Of a DNA stretch of 64,000 bases, positions 21,201 to 32,900 are shown one piece after another. How positions within the stretch are numbered: position 1 is the stretch's first letter; every line of letters starts with the position of its first letter. The stretch is from an uncultured virus (IMG/VR IMGVR_UViG_3300014073_000001) (Duplodnaviria; Heunggongvirae; Uroviricota; Caudoviricetes), in the IMG/VR virus record IMGVR_UViG_3300014073_000001. One strand, 5' to 3'. A model generated the notes under the pieces. The model saw only the letters and a program-made list of their open reading frames with translations, was not told where the DNA came from and made no database searches. The position numbers and the translations under genes were made by a program.

Positions 21201-23219
21201 AACATAAACAGCGTTACCGAGAGAAGCACCCACATGTACGTAATTGAGTATCGGTGCAAATGCACTGTAGGCCTTCATGCGAACCGTCAGCGTATTGCTT
21301 TCACCTGCCGGCAATGACGGTAAGATCGTACCAAATGGGCTTGTACGAACACTTCCCTTCTCGGTGATGTAGCTAATTTCATAGCGAGAAGCCATGATGT
21401 CCTTAATTGTCACCGGATTCATGCCGGACTTTTGGATATCAATCTTTACATGAGACATTTTGTCAAAATTCTTTTCCAACTTACGGCCAGTCGGCCACAA
21501 TCCGGAAGAGGCAGGATCGATGACTCCATCGACCCTGACGATAACTGTACAGCTGCCTTGTTGACTCGGGTTCGCTGCCGTCGCTAATTCGAAGGCGATA
21601 TAGTTACAATCTAATTCGATTGCAATATTGCTTGTAGAGTCGGTGCCGCTGGCCACCAGTTTATCTTCACTGTCAAGCACAAAGCCATTGGGGTTGACGA
21701 ATGCGGCATTTTTGATGATATCTACGGGACGGCAGGTATGGCCCAGCTTCAAGAGCTTTCCACCCATGCCTGTGATATCAACCGTAAATGAGCCATCTAT
21801 GGCCGAGCTGTCAATTGACACACCGTCATGAACATCAACGATATTACTGAAAGTCTTAAATTGCTTGATGGATGTGGCATGCAGCGAAACATCAGTATTC
21901 TGAAACACGCCGTTCACTTTCTTGTACACGGAATCTTCGACAAGCAGGCTCTCCGTTTGATCCCCAGGCTTATTAAGATTTGCCTTGCTGATCATCATGT
22001 TGTTATATAGACTCTTCGGATAGAATTTCAAACGGTACTTGGAGTTTTCATCTAAGATACCGCGGGGAATTACTGTGGCACCACGCATCTCAGTGACCAG
22101 ATCAGCAAGATAATGTTCGCCCTCCCCCAACGCTTGTTTGTAACATTCTACAGAGATGTTTCCAACCGGCAATTCTTTTACCTCAGATGCAGTAATTTTA
22201 TATTCTACCTCTTTGGCCTTAAGAATATTGTCATACTTCGTAAGGGATATATCGATATCCGCTTCAATCCGTTGGGAACGGATATATTCGTTGATAGTGA
22301 TCTCCGACTTCTGGTAGCCGGTTATCTCCACATCGGTGGTCTCCTGATCTTTCAGCTCACCAGTTAGAATAGCTTGCAATGCATTGTTTTGGCCGACACC
22401 GTTTTGGTGGGTCTCGATCGGTGCATCCCATACATGAGGCAAGTAGATCAGTGTTTTGAAATTGTGTTCCCAGGTGTCCATGTCCCACTTCTTAGTCCGG
22501 AATACGTCCTGATTGAATTGTGCCAGACGCTCATAGAGTGTACCGAATTCCTCATCGCTTAGCATCAGGTTATTTTCATTCGGCTGCTCAATCACGATAT
22601 CTTCAGTATCGACAGCAGTGTAGTTGCATACCGCATTGATGACAGCATTCTTTAGGCCCCTCTCGGTGCTGTTCGTAGGATTCTTAAAAGCTAAGAGGGT
22701 ACGCTTTAGAAGCGCTGCATTGGTCTCATCAAAGTATCGCTCCAGACCAGCGAAGAGCGCAAATTCATCAAACACATTCCATACGTGAAACTTATTAGCT
22801 CCTGCACTAAATTTAAAATCATCAACAGTGTAGAGCACCTTCGGGTCGTCTTTAGCGATGAGATTCATCCTAAATAACAAATAGCCTTCTTGCCAAAGGG
22901 CAATAGGCTCTGTGCTTTGGTAAAACTCTTTTGCATTTGTAGTAATAGCTGCAGCCGGAGAGGTAAGTACAAAATTATCGCCTATATCGCCAACTTGCGC
23001 AGCGTATAAATAGTCGATGACAGTGTGTTCCCGCCCTATATAGTAAAGAATAAAAAAGTCCTTTTTAAAATTGATCAGGCTCTGCTGAATGATATCCTGC
23101 TCTTCAATGATGGAGCGAAGGAAATGACCACCCACAGATTTGAAGGGTCTCTTCCGAATATCCATCCAGTTAGGGAAATGTTTAATTGCTTCTAGGAATG
23201 CGGTCCTTGAATCTTGCAT
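18201..23219 (-). CDS. Large baseplate wedge/structural protein (1672 aa)
   Basis: Follows the baseplate-J-like gene. N-terminal HFPNWMDI...HVWNVFDEFALFAGLER...NSTERGLKNA resembles wedge proteins of large myophages. Confidence 0.6.
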   Translation of the reverse strand: MQDSRTAFLEAIKHFPNWMDIRKRPFKSVGGHFLRSIIEEQDIIQQSLINFKKDFFILYYIGREHTVIDYLYAAQVGDIGDNFVLTSPAAAITTNAKEFYQSTEPIALWQEGYLLFRMNLIAKDDPKVLYTVDDFKFSAGANKFHVWNVFDEFALFAGLERYFDETNAALLKRTLLAFKNPTNSTERGLKNAVINAVCNYTAVDTEDIVIEQPNENNLMLSDEEFGTLYERLAQFNQDVFRTKKWDMDTWEHNFKTLIYLPHVWDAPIETHQNGVGQNNALQAILTGELKDQETTDVEITGYQKSEITINEYIRSQRIEADIDISLTKYDNILKAKEVEYKITASEVKELPVGNISVECYKQALGEGEHYLADLVTEMRGATVIPRGILDENSKYRLKFYPKSLYNNMMISKANLNKPGDQTESLLVEDSVYKKVNGVFQNTDVSLHATSIKQFKTFSNIVDVHDGVSIDSSAIDGSFTVDITGMGGKLLKLGHTCRPVDIIKNAAFVNPNGFVLDSEDKLVASGTDSTSNIAIELDCNYIAFELATAANPSQQGSCTVIVRVDGVIDPASSGLWPTGRKLEKNFDKMSHVKIDIQKSGMNPVTIKDIMASRYEISYITEKGSVRTSPFGTILPSLPAGESNTLTVRMKAYSAFAPILNYVHVGASLGNAVYVREVVTGAGNHSLDISSNCFVKLYKINGTVETLVTDNLITKPIYRNDTTGSVGLIVDTSRFLTITKSTPAIERTTEAGAVLSLVMLQPGQELDTIIIEGNSLILMESVTLQKLVCPSAGAFQVYVSKALKGFILRDTMTYEESFVRLSRSNLNGFADAFKLKNLPIGVTGSFIVDKANNVESIGNSFDHSFEELYLFPTESKEYIAYNKLRALKSVYPGVAIVDTFMPLLPPNSSVVYTIDAIVNPELTATARFEKNNGLSSWSLGPKPICVEIDMGQGNSDSYELELKQFTKKFVVSNNILLDTEYEVEGQTAELAQYIITPPANMKIVYETKDYGCRIYVEEDGFNKLFYSNIDFISKIVINGVTISSADYELMGKEGIIVWKNQNYVGMEAEVYLKYNSPKYLAYTSLEHLYELVGYTTEAYKIINNVPITIRDLVDGSLVVLDFGMEAGRNPDKVYINCTNPNFKAKVEDGNVLKVVKANIDNVVAVKTGFFYVDGLEYYQYHSKTTETIDRMSNVSLHNVRRLGNSLAFIQKSINYLLDSAMRPGRTGELCNVDFVNNQNINGLSRINSLTACDSYNCWIDFDMDISFKTGTNGKALEFKANSDNSYAIMDISRFLWTNTIVSLTASGPLTVKIAKEIKHRNSTYSKALFAQPYEDLKVDGAYQYFVFDEEYDPDYKYFLLLTGSGIIDDIVIKEYVPTEMQRTIHLKNIDALDLTINERARTNYVHRLLFDANGNQFNNLELDTDGKLQTGANVDWGVTKIYEARANWSTCKLTNVKQGKEAMYADGDAAAIESAAFYLRNKESIKSLIVKVNDVTLDMLSGFKITALTSDASNSGFNVVNSLENTNTLQVFRNKLSTYMKVRVEMPDGHVINNIEVFAEYAETDAPLRITTNRSGDMITKVYDTGYMAKFKIRGLDAKELNLPNKIRVQIRACREDAEHAVWTEWKNLNLDSNMKAIGDLLVFENYRLFQFKICLDDEQAKIAVGSFNFEVVG

Positions 23220-23221
23220 TA

Positions 23222-24013
23222 TTAATTCCCTCCAGTCCAGATAATCTCATCAAATAAGAACTTACTGTCGATCTCTTGCAGTAATTCAATCTCTGTGCTC
23301 TCCTCATTGTTTATAATAAGAGACAGTACATTAAAGTAATCGACCTTGGGCTCTATTACACCGATCCGATTCATGTCACCGACCTTTAATTTCCCTGTCG
23401 GCGGAATAGTGTTGATATATTCTTTAAGCTTCTTTTCGATATTGCTCTTAACCAGTGCTGCATCTCCGCTGGTTTCCATGAAGATTTGCAGCTTGACGCC
23501 GCGGATAGCGGGAACAATATATTCAACGAAGAGCGAAGGAGAAGCAATTTTTTTAACAACCTCTGCAGCCTCTGCTAATGCATTAGCAAGCGTAGTGTTA
23601 TCGTAAAATTTAGGGATTACATAACAGGTAGCTGTTCCACTGCCCTTCGTAAAGGGCACATAGTCAATATTACTCGCATACTGAGGATTTAACAGCGCGT
23701 CACTGATTGCTGTCGTATTACTTGCCTCATTCTGCAGCATCCAATGCATCAGGCGATACATATAGCTCTCGTCATCTTCATTGGCTTTGCGCGGACAATT
23801 TACCCAGAATCCTGTATCGTCCAACTCCTGCCCTGATAAGCCGGTGAAGATGTGTGGATTTTTAGAGTCTTCAATCTCCTGGTATACATCTTCCAGGGTC
23901 TCAGCAACAGCAACATTGTACATATCGATGACAGAGCCTTCTTGCGTCTTCTTGAGGGTTTTATCTTCAAACCGGAGTGCTATCTCTTTCTGAATAGTGT
24001 CGGAGGTTCTCAT
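23222..24013 (-). CDS. Baseplate J-like wedge protein
   Basis: EGSVIDMY...LSGQELDDTG..VNCPR..NEDDESY..R and GSGTATCYVIP motifs typical of baseplate J. Confidence 0.7.
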   Translation of the reverse strand: MRTSDTIQKEIALRFEDKTLKKTQEGSVIDMYNVAVAETLEDVYQEIEDSKNPHIFTGLSGQELDDTGFWVNCPRKANEDDESYMYRLMHWMLQNEASNTTAISDALLNPQYASNIDYVPFTKGSGTATCYVIPKFYDNTTLANALAEAAEVVKKIASPSLFVEYIVPAIRGVKLQIFMETSGDAALVKSNIEKKLKEYINTIPPTGKLKVGDMNRIGVIEPKVDYFNVLSLIINNEESTEIELLQEIDSKFLFDEIIWTGGN

Positions 24014-24024
24014 CTTATCACCTT

Positions 24025-24537
24025 CTATAAACTAAATTTGTAGAACAAGATTCCGTCGCTGTAGATGTAAATATTGACGTTCTGACAGTAGAAGTAGCCA
24101 ATACCAGCTTCCGCCTTAGCAACTACCTCTACGTTTGCTACGATGCTGCTAACTGCATCGATTGTCATCTGCCGGATGCGGCTTAGGTTTAGCGTATTGT
24201 TGAGTCGTTCATGTTTCATCAATCGCAGTTGTGAACCGACTGTCTGGCGCTGCGGCAATTCAGTTAGTTCAGTCCGTAGCCGGATCTTCACTTGTTGAAC
24301 TGCCTCTTCTATATCTTCAACAAGTGCTGCTCTATACTTAGCAACATCACTGTGGGCCTTAACATCGAACGTAATTTTGAAGTGATTATTTTTAATCACG
24401 TCCTGGTAAGGCGCCTGAAAAAACTTGAGCTTAAACCCTGGGAGCTGGGCGATCCTAAAATCAAGCCTGAATTTTACAAGCATTGGCTGCTCGTCTAGGA
24501 TCAAATCCCCTTTATCGGTTAAGGCAAAATCAATCAT
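24025..24537 (-). CDS. Baseplate wedge / gp25-like sheath initiator
   Basis: MIDFALTDKGDL...QQVKIRLRTE..E......GSQL motif, located just before the J-like gene. Confidence 0.6.
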   Translation of the reverse strand: MIDFALTDKGDLILDEQPMLVKFRLDFRIAQLPGFKLKFFQAPYQDVIKNNHFKITFDVKAHSDVAKYRAALVEDIEEAVQQVKIRLRTELTELPQRQTVGSQLRLMKHERLNNTLNLSRIRQMTIDAVSSIVANVEVVAKAEAGIGYFYCQNVNIYIYSDGILFYKFSL

Positions 24538-24551
24538 TTCAATCCGCCTTT

Positions 24552-25526
24552 CTACATCTTAATTTTGACGCTCTTCTTAATCTCATCGACCAGCTGTTTC
24601 TCAACCTTCTTAAGCTCAATATTCACCTTCTCCTGAAGAGCTTTAACTTGATCTTTAAGCTTCTGCTCGAAGGCCTGGACTTGTTTCTGAACTTCAACGA
24701 TCTGTTTCTGTACAGCAGCCACTCTCTTTTGTTCAGCTGCTATGTTAGCGCTCATTCCTTTAGTGATGCTCTTCGCCAGGTTTCCCTGGAGAGCAGCCAC
24801 TTGCGAATTTAGTGCCTTATTGAGCGAATCCAAATGGAGTTGGTTTAGTGCTTTACTAACATCTTTCATTGGGTCTTTAAGAATCCCGCCAATTGCATTA
24901 TTCAAGCTTTTGGTAACATCGATACGAATCAACTTTTTTAATTCGGCATTAAGTTTAAGATCGATATTCTGATGAATATCCACGTTCAGTGGACGTAGAG
25001 CCTGCTCCATCATCTTTGCATCAACCAACTCTTTGACCTGTTTATCGATTATACTATCCAATTGTTTTTTAGTGTCGGCTACAGTAGCTGTTAAAAGCTT
25101 ATTTGAGTTAAAGACGGCATTTTTATGGCCGCGTACGATTTCTTTTATCTGCTGATCCAGCTCGGCTTGATTCTTGGAGCTCTTATCATTTTTCGCCGCT
25201 TTGACCGCGTCATCAATCATCTTGTTTAAGGCGTCATCCACAACTTTCCGTGCAGCTTTTCCAGTATCGAAATTGTTGATCTGTTTATCTAATGCAGCTT
25301 GCTCCTCCTTGACTTGCTTCTCGGTTTGAACTTGGGCGCTTTGGGCCGCCTTCGCAAGTGCATCAGATGCATTGACTTTATCGTTTTTCGCCATAGCCGT
25401 ATCGGTAGAAGAGCTTGTCTTTTGGGCCAGCTCAGAATTCACTCGTTTCTCCACATAATCCATGACGTTTTTCTCCGCCTTACCAAGAACTTTGTCAATT
25501 TTATCTCGAACACCCATATGATTCAC
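24552..25526 (-). CDS. Lys/Gln/Ala-rich coiled-coil protein, function unknown
   Basis: 324-aa ORF with all-alpha composition, between spike and wedge genes. Confidence 0.6.
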   Translation of the reverse strand: MNHMGVRDKIDKVLGKAEKNVMDYVEKRVNSELAQKTSSSTDTAMAKNDKVNASDALAKAAQSAQVQTEKQVKEEQAALDKQINNFDTGKAARKVVDDALNKMIDDAVKAAKNDKSSKNQAELDQQIKEIVRGHKNAVFNSNKLLTATVADTKKQLDSIIDKQVKELVDAKMMEQALRPLNVDIHQNIDLKLNAELKKLIRIDVTKSLNNAIGGILKDPMKDVSKALNQLHLDSLNKALNSQVAALQGNLAKSITKGMSANIAAEQKRVAAVQKQIVEVQKQVQAFEQKLKDQVKALQEKVNIELKKVEKQLVDEIKKSVKIKM

Positions 25527-25529
25527 TCC

Positions 25530-26585
25530 TTACGTTGCGGATGCCTTAGCCTTGTCATCGGCTTCTTTCGCAGCAGTCTCTGCAAAACGATACTTATTGT
25601 AATATCCATCTCTTTCTTTAGCAGCTGCATCCCGTATTGTGGTGTAAGTAGCGACAGCCTGACTTTGAATTTTCCGTTCGTCATCGGTCTGACACTTAGC
25701 AAGTTTTACTTGCGCAGTCTTTACATCGTTATCAGCTTTCTCAAACTTTTCTTGAGCCTTATCGTAATCGGCTTTAGCAGCAGCAGCAACATCCTGAGCT
25801 GTCTTAGCCGCTTTCTCAAGAGACGGATCAGGTTTCTTAGGCGCATTTGGATCGACCTTGTCGTAGCTGGCGGGCTCTTTTTTAACAGCCTCAGTTGCTT
25901 TATCTTTAACGTCTGCAACCTTTTGCGCATTGACGGAAGTCGTTGAAGTCGGATTAAGCGCTGACTTAGCATCTGTAATCTCGCCATTAACTTGGTAACC
26001 ACTGGCCATAGTACTCTGCAGATCTTGAACCTCTTTGAGCGGATCGCCGATCCCGAGTTCTGGCATGATCTCCGGTACATTTAACAGAGGTGAAAACATT
26101 GGCATGCGCACCTGACGGCGAATTAATACATATCGCTTCAGGTTTGGTTCCCAGGACTTAACAAGCACGGTGCCCATAACGCAAAAATTGCCGACTACGG
26201 AAGTGCTATCATCTAAAACTCGTTTAAAGTCGGTTAACTCGTAAAGCATAGGATTGAGCTTATGCTCATTGACGACAATCTCGTCGGTCGTAATCTTCTT
26301 ACGATTGGTCATCGTTACACTTTCAATCGATTGTTGGATAAGTCGGCCATCAGGATTTAATTTGATTTGTGTGTATTCATTAGCGGACACATTTACCTGG
26401 CCATTATCCCTGGCCACAATTGATGCGCCGAACACTTCATTGACAATGCCACGCTCACTGGAACGGCTTAAGTTCTCTGATCTCTCCTGCAGCTTATTGA
26501 GCGACGGCTTAAACGATTCTGGAACTTCAGTCTCAACTGTTACTTTCGTTTGCTCAGCGATTGTAGTCGTAGTTTCGTCTGCCAT
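25530..26585 (-). CDS. Spike/baseplate-associated protein with Ala/Lys-rich C-terminal coiled coil
   Basis: 351 aa. Beta-rich N-terminal half (DEIVVNEHKLNP...WEPNLKRYVLIRR), low-complexity C-terminal half. Confidence 0.5.
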   Translation of the reverse strand: MADETTTTIAEQTKVTVETEVPESFKPSLNKLQERSENLSRSSERGIVNEVFGASIVARDNGQVNVSANEYTQIKLNPDGRLIQQSIESVTMTNRKKITTDEIVVNEHKLNPMLYELTDFKRVLDDSTSVVGNFCVMGTVLVKSWEPNLKRYVLIRRQVRMPMFSPLLNVPEIMPELGIGDPLKEVQDLQSTMASGYQVNGEITDAKSALNPTSTTSVNAQKVADVKDKATEAVKKEPASYDKVDPNAPKKPDPSLEKAAKTAQDVAAAAKADYDKAQEKFEKADNDVKTAQVKLAKCQTDDERKIQSQAVATYTTIRDAAAKERDGYYNKYRFAETAAKEADDKAKASAT

Positions 26586-26596
26586 TCTCCCACCCC

Positions 26597-26965
26597 TTAA
26601 AAGATCTGACCTCCAATTGCACCGCCGAAACTATCCGAGTGTATGTCTTTGGTCAGTCGTAATTTACTGCGCACGTCCATGTTGTAGTTGTCGACATGGC
26701 GCGCCACTATTGCTACGGTTGAACCCGTATCTTCTATGACTACGAAATCATCCATTGCAGGAAACCAGTCTCCTCCATTCCCATACAATCGAACTGTTAC
26801 GTTATCTTTATTACGCTTGTTTCCGTCTTTATCAACGTATTTTATAGAGCACATATTGTTAATTTCGTCCGATTTCATCACTTGACCGATCGTAGTAATA
26901 CTCCCACGGATATGATCCGCGGGGCTTACTATCCGGTCCTGTATGATCTGCTTTAGTTTATTCAT
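26597..26965 (-). CDS. Putative baseplate spike (gp5/gpV OB-fold-like)
   Basis: 122 aa directly downstream of the hub gene. IGQV...CSIKY...WFPAMDDFVVIE pattern. Confidence 0.5.
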   Translation of the reverse strand: MNKLKQIIQDRIVSPADHIRGSITTIGQVMKSDEINNMCSIKYVDKDGNKRNKDNVTVRLYGNGGDWFPAMDDFVVIEDTGSTVAIVARHVDNYNMDVRSKLRLTKDIHSDSFGGAIGGQIF

Positions 26966-29900
26966 GCTGTTGCCTCCTCTTTCTTTTTGCTGACGCTAGG
27001 AAGAAGAACTGTAATTGCGATTTCATTATTGCTTCTTACCTCACTCCTGAACATTTCAGGAGCAAGTAATTGATTCGTCTTAGCCTCTTGTGCTATCTCT
27101 GTTTGCAATTCTATGATGGCGCTTACCAATGGTTTGGCAGCTTCTTTCATGCCCTGCAGAATAAAGGAGAAGCCAGTGGAAGAGAAGGTATCTTTATCGC
27201 CTACACGTAATGACGATTTCAGCATTATGAAGGAGCCTTTTGTATCCTCGAACGCTTGATGTTGGTCCGATGCGTCAGCGTAAGGCATTTTGTTCTTTAC
27301 CCGCTTAACGATTTCACATAAGATATTTAGCGCATCATGATTTAAGAAAGGCAAATCATAAACGACAGAGTTATCTTTGCTTGTTCCTACGATTGCTTTG
27401 GTATTGACTGATTGGCCATTTATCGTCAAGGTCATCGGCTTAACCGTTTTACTGGCGTTCAAATTTTCCTGCTCATGCACGATCTGGAAGAACTTGCTGT
27501 CAATACAGGGTTTAAGTCGAGGATCTGAACTAATCAAAGTGTTGCTCTGCAGCTTCGGCTCTGCCTGCACCCGGGTCACATCAAGCATTGCATAGTAGTC
27601 GTATGATTTCCTGACTTCGCTCTTATCGTTAAGAGCAGCACGCGGAGTCAGCTGGGACGCACGATAGCTGGAGGTTATCTCTCCTTGACTGCTGGCTACG
27701 GCTTTCAAGGTTTTCGTAAACATTCTTTCATCAGAGACCGGATTGCCCTTGTCGTTAGTGAGGCCGCCATCACGACGATACTTGGCACCGATGTTCTTCA
27801 TTTCATCCGACAGTAACCATTCCTGGCATACCCCGAGGAGAGGATCGACCCATTTATTGTTGAACTTGCCTGTAGTCAGCTTAGCAAACATTCCTTTGAT
27901 TAGGCCAGTATCTCCATAGGAAGGTGATCCGTATACCAGACCTTTGTTGCCATTTATGCCGGCCGTCATAGGCAGCCCGTATCTTTTAAGCGGGAATATC
28001 TGAACTACTTGCAGATTTTTAGCCCATCTCGAAATGGATTCGGTTACGTAGTTACCAATTAGAACAGTCGTTCCAATAACAGCTGCATTAACCAGTAAAG
28101 CGGAACAGATAGCAGCTGCGCTGGCTCCGGCCACGATAGTACCGGCTGCGCCAATTGCTCTACCTGCCGGCAACAAAGCTTTGACTGCTTTTATACCAGA
28201 CTTCATTTGGGAAACTGCTCCAGTTACGCCAGCTTTATCTGCGACCAAGGCACCTTTGATCAGCCCTCTCGTCGCTTTGGAACCGATGTAATCGATCCCT
28301 TTACCAAGGGAGGCAGCCGGACCACCAAAAGCCATGGAAGCCAACCATATCGCAGAGCCGCAGACAAGGGACTGCAAGGAGAACAGGAAGTTGCCTGTCG
28401 ACTGAACGGCTAACTCATGGCGATCATCTACGGTAATGATTGCATCCGGGTAAACAGATGTTACGTAGCCAGTCATTGCAGAAAAGTTGTGCACTACCTC
28501 TTTCACCAGGCATTGACCAGTCATATTCTCGTACGAATCATTGATGAACATACGGTCATACGGTTTCACCGTCGGATCACCAAGAATGATCATATCACCC
28601 TGGTACATATCCTTCATAGAATCCTTAAGAGCGCTGGCCGCCATTCTCCAGCAGACCTTGTCATGACTGATTAATCCCCAGTCTCCACTATCGTCTGCAA
28701 ACCAGTTTGTTAAGCGACTCGTTATTGAATTAGTGATAAAGCCAACGACAGGAACGCCTTTGCCATACAGTTGGGTGTCAACAATCATGGTACGTTGATA
28801 TTCAGGATAGATTTCTGCGTCGGCCCAGAGCGGCCCAACGCGTTTTTGATTCTTAATGTTTAAACTTTCTGCTATCTCGTAAAGGCCGATTGCGCAGGTC
28901 TTCATATCCTTATCCGAAGTCGTAATATTGTTCTTCACGATATCCGTCGTCGAATTATAAATATGGTACTGCTGGTATGGCTTACGCTTCTCCAGGATTA
29001 TGCCATCCTTTTGAATGTAATCATATGCGTAGTAGTACCGTGGGTGTCCATGGAAAATCGTACTACGGAAGCCAAATGGCGCAACGGCTGCAATGAAATC
29101 GGGACTTACCGATTGACAGATATGGAGCATATCCCATATGGATTTACCGTAAACCTCGAACGAGATTTTAGGGGCCTCGTCAGTAGCGTAGCTTGCCGTT
29201 ACAGAATCATCTTCCCCCCATACAGGACGCGACATTGCCTCGTAGATATTCTGAATCGTTTCGCCGCCTCTGAAGATTTGGTTGTTGTCTGGATTCCCAA
29301 AGTGATAGACACCATATGGGCTCCTACCAAGCAAGTGCGCATATTCGGTATCTTTCATCAGGTTTTTGAGTATACCACCCTTGACCGTCAGAATTGCATT
29401 CAGGATTGTCTTCGGAGTGGCTCCATTCGTAAAAAGCCCTCGTAAGGAATCTTTGTATTGAATGGAGTGTGCCTCATCATCCTCCAGAATCGGATTCGTA
29501 AGCTCTACACCATCCCCTTGTGCAATCAGTTCTACAGCTTCACCGATTTGAACTTCTGCAATGCTTCCGTTAAAAACAACAGGCAATGTAGCAGCATTGG
29601 CGCCGTAGCCTAAACGAATGTGAATCCGAGTACCGGCATGCAGGCGAATTTGATCAACTGGAGCGTCGTTCTGTCTTTTAGCTTCTTCTCTCATTTTGTA
29701 CACACGTGGGTTAAAGATGGAGTCGACTACATCGCTCCAGTTGGCGTTATAATTCGCGTTAGCATCTTCATCGTCTGAAGTGAAAGTTTTATACATATTG
29801 CTCATTACGATCCGCGCTGTATCGGCCGCAATCTTGCGTGATTTCGTGATCTGGATCTCGGCGATAGAAGACGTGTTATAGAAATTATCATGGAGCTTCC

Positions 29901-32900
29901 AGATTTCATTTTCTCGTCCTTCGTCAATGAATAGCATATAGAATGCCGGAAATGCTCTCAGCATACGCCCACGTGCATCGTGAACCGTCATATCATGGAA
30001 GCTATGCTGAATGTATTGGCGAGGATCTTCAGCCGCTTTTAGATACATTTTTTCATTATTATCTTGAATAAATTCAGTGGCTGGGTTTACAGGACTCACA
30101 CCTACTGCACTGAAATTCTTTATCCGTTTTAGGCCTACCAGAGCCAGCATCATCTTGCGGAGCGCTAAGCTTGCACCATCGCTCGGATCAATGCTATTGT
30201 CCGGCATCGCCACTCCCTGCAAGTATCCATTCAGTCCTTTGTAATCCCGCTTCCTGATCCGGTCTTTGATCTTGCTATCACCGGATGTTAATGCCATCGT
30301 CACGGCCGCAAAGAATTTACCGGAGTCAAGCGCATGACTATTCTTCAGGAAGAAGTTGACATGCTTTTCCATGGTACTCTTCGTATTGGACGTTACGTGC
30401 TGATTTATCTTCTCAATCGTGTCGAGCTCATTCTTAGCAGCGACCCGGAGAATGTCGGTCGTGATAGTAGGAATTGCGCTTGTATCGATTAGCTGCTTGA
30501 GCCAATACAGCGTCAGCCGAAAGAATGCTACGGCAGCGTACTTAGTGTTGTAAATGCAGCCTTTCTTGTAGTCTCTGATATCCTCTAGTGTAGTCTCTGC
30601 TCTGCGGAAATAGGGGTCCAAGAGATAACGGCGAGTATTGACCGAGTTAGAATATTCGATAAACATATCCTTTGGGCTCTCACCAGTAATTTTGATAAGC
30701 TCCTCTTTCGTATATTGCTTAATCCGGAATAAACTGAACTCTACAGCATTGTCAACGGCATCATCGACATTAGTTGTAATGTCCTTTCCGCCCTTATCTT
30801 GCGCCCCGCCCAGACGGACGCCGATGAAGTTCGCGTCAGGCTTCCAGGAATTATCAATGCTCTTGTTGGCGAATTCCTTTTTCGCCGTAGCAGAACAAGC
30901 TGCTGCATATACAATCTCTGATACAATATCCTGAAATGTACCCGTGTTTTCAATGTTAAGATAGTACATGATCTCACAAATCTTATCGTCAACAAGATAT
31001 CTTTTGATAGTCGATGTTACATCCAGCTTCGCATCATAGTCAGGGCCACGATAGAATGGGCCGAGCTGCTCATTGATCTGAGTACCATTGAGGTACTTTT
31101 CAATAAGAGATGAAGCCTCGCGCGCCTTTGACGTGCTATCATAGGTCCATTGGCCTTCCGGCGGCTTTGTTCCAGTTACTGCTTTTGGATCTACATCCTT
31201 AATTGCATCCTGCGCTTTCTTCCAGTTCTTATACGCATCCAGCTCCAGCTGGTAATTCCTTTCAAGAAACAGACACTTGATATCTTGGCAAATGTTCCAA
31301 GATTCTTGGGTATCAGAGCCATTCAGAACATTGAGCAAGTTATTGTTTTTAGCTTTTGCGTTGTCAGGGAATTGGTTCTCTGCTAATTGTTTGGCTTTGG
31401 CCTCATTCATTGCCCGGACTGCATTTCTTTGACTCTTGGCCGACTCATTCATTTTATAGACACCGACGCCAGTGCCAGCTTCCGCCTTAGTCGTCATTTC
31501 ACCTCCGGCCTTGTCTGTCCAGGTAATATCATCAAAGTTGTTTTCGATGGACGTAAGAACCGACTCGCGAAGCAGCTGTGATGTTAAGATGTGTGGATAG
31601 ATGAAGTAGAAATCCGGATCAGGGTATACCCTGTTGTCTTGGAATTTATATCGGATGAACTGGAATCCGTCATCTTTAAGCTCTTGGATCGTCGGCAATT
31701 CAAGGTCTGGATAAATCTCTGCTTGCGCGAGTTGATCCTGTAGCTCAAAGTAAGATAGGGTATTGGTTTGCGTACTGGCCTCTCCGCCTTGCTTGCTTGT
31801 ATTGGCCTCGATACGTTTCAATGCTTCCCGGTCACGCAGCGTGCGGTCAACAGAAATCATGGTCATATTGATTTGATACAGTCCCGGCATACCAGGTGAG
31901 GTATCTACCGTAACACTCTCAATCAATACCTCATTGATGCCGAAAAATGCTGTTAATTCGCTTTCCAGCTTCAGTGGCCAGCAAGGTAGCACCAGACGAT
32001 ATTCTCTCGCATAATAAGCGGACAACTTCGGCAATGCATTCAGCATGGCCGCCGTCTTTTTGCTGGTGGTTTGAATCTGGATGTTAAGCGTAGAGTCTTG
32101 GCCGCCCATGTATTGTGGCGCATACCCATCCATGCTCGTTACACCGATCTTGGCAAAGTTATTGCCAAAAGATATTTCCATGCTAGTAACCCTGGCGTTA
32201 TCGAGATCATAAGGATCGAATGTAATGCTGTTCAGCTTGTCTACATCGATCGCTTGCTTACGAGCAATATTCTCAGAATTCGGATCTGATTTCGCATTGT
32301 TGAGGTCGTTACAATAGCTAAGGAATTTCATATCAGGATGCCTGCCATCCAAATAAAATCTCGTACTGTCACTGCTAACATAGTAAGTTAATTCTCCAGA
32401 AGCCACAGCTTCTAGGTTCATAGCTACCGGAATAAACAGCTTGCGATCCTTGAAAAATTGGTCAACTGATTCTTTGATTTTCAAGGAGGCATCTCGACGC
32501 ATATTAGAAATCATCTCGTCATTTGTAAGGTAATCGAGTTGTGTTTCGATTACAATGCCGATAGAGACCTTTGCTTTTTTGGCAGTGGATTTGTCGTCTT
32601 CTACTTCCTCCTCTACATACTTAAGACCAATATTATTGATGATAATTTTGCCTGCCTCTGCATTGGTTGAGTTCATGTATTGACGCATCCGATGCATGAG
32701 ATCATTCACTTTTTTGTTGAGCTCCGTGGCATCCATCGGCTCATATTTATATAGGCTCTTGTCGGTTATTCTGAGCGGCAGCATATTGGTATTGGTGATA
32801 TCGCCTTGAGCAGTAGATACACTAGGAGACAGAAGCCATGACTTTATGCCGACTGTCGTGCCAGTTGAAAATGTATTGAGCACTGCCAACGGTGCAGTGA

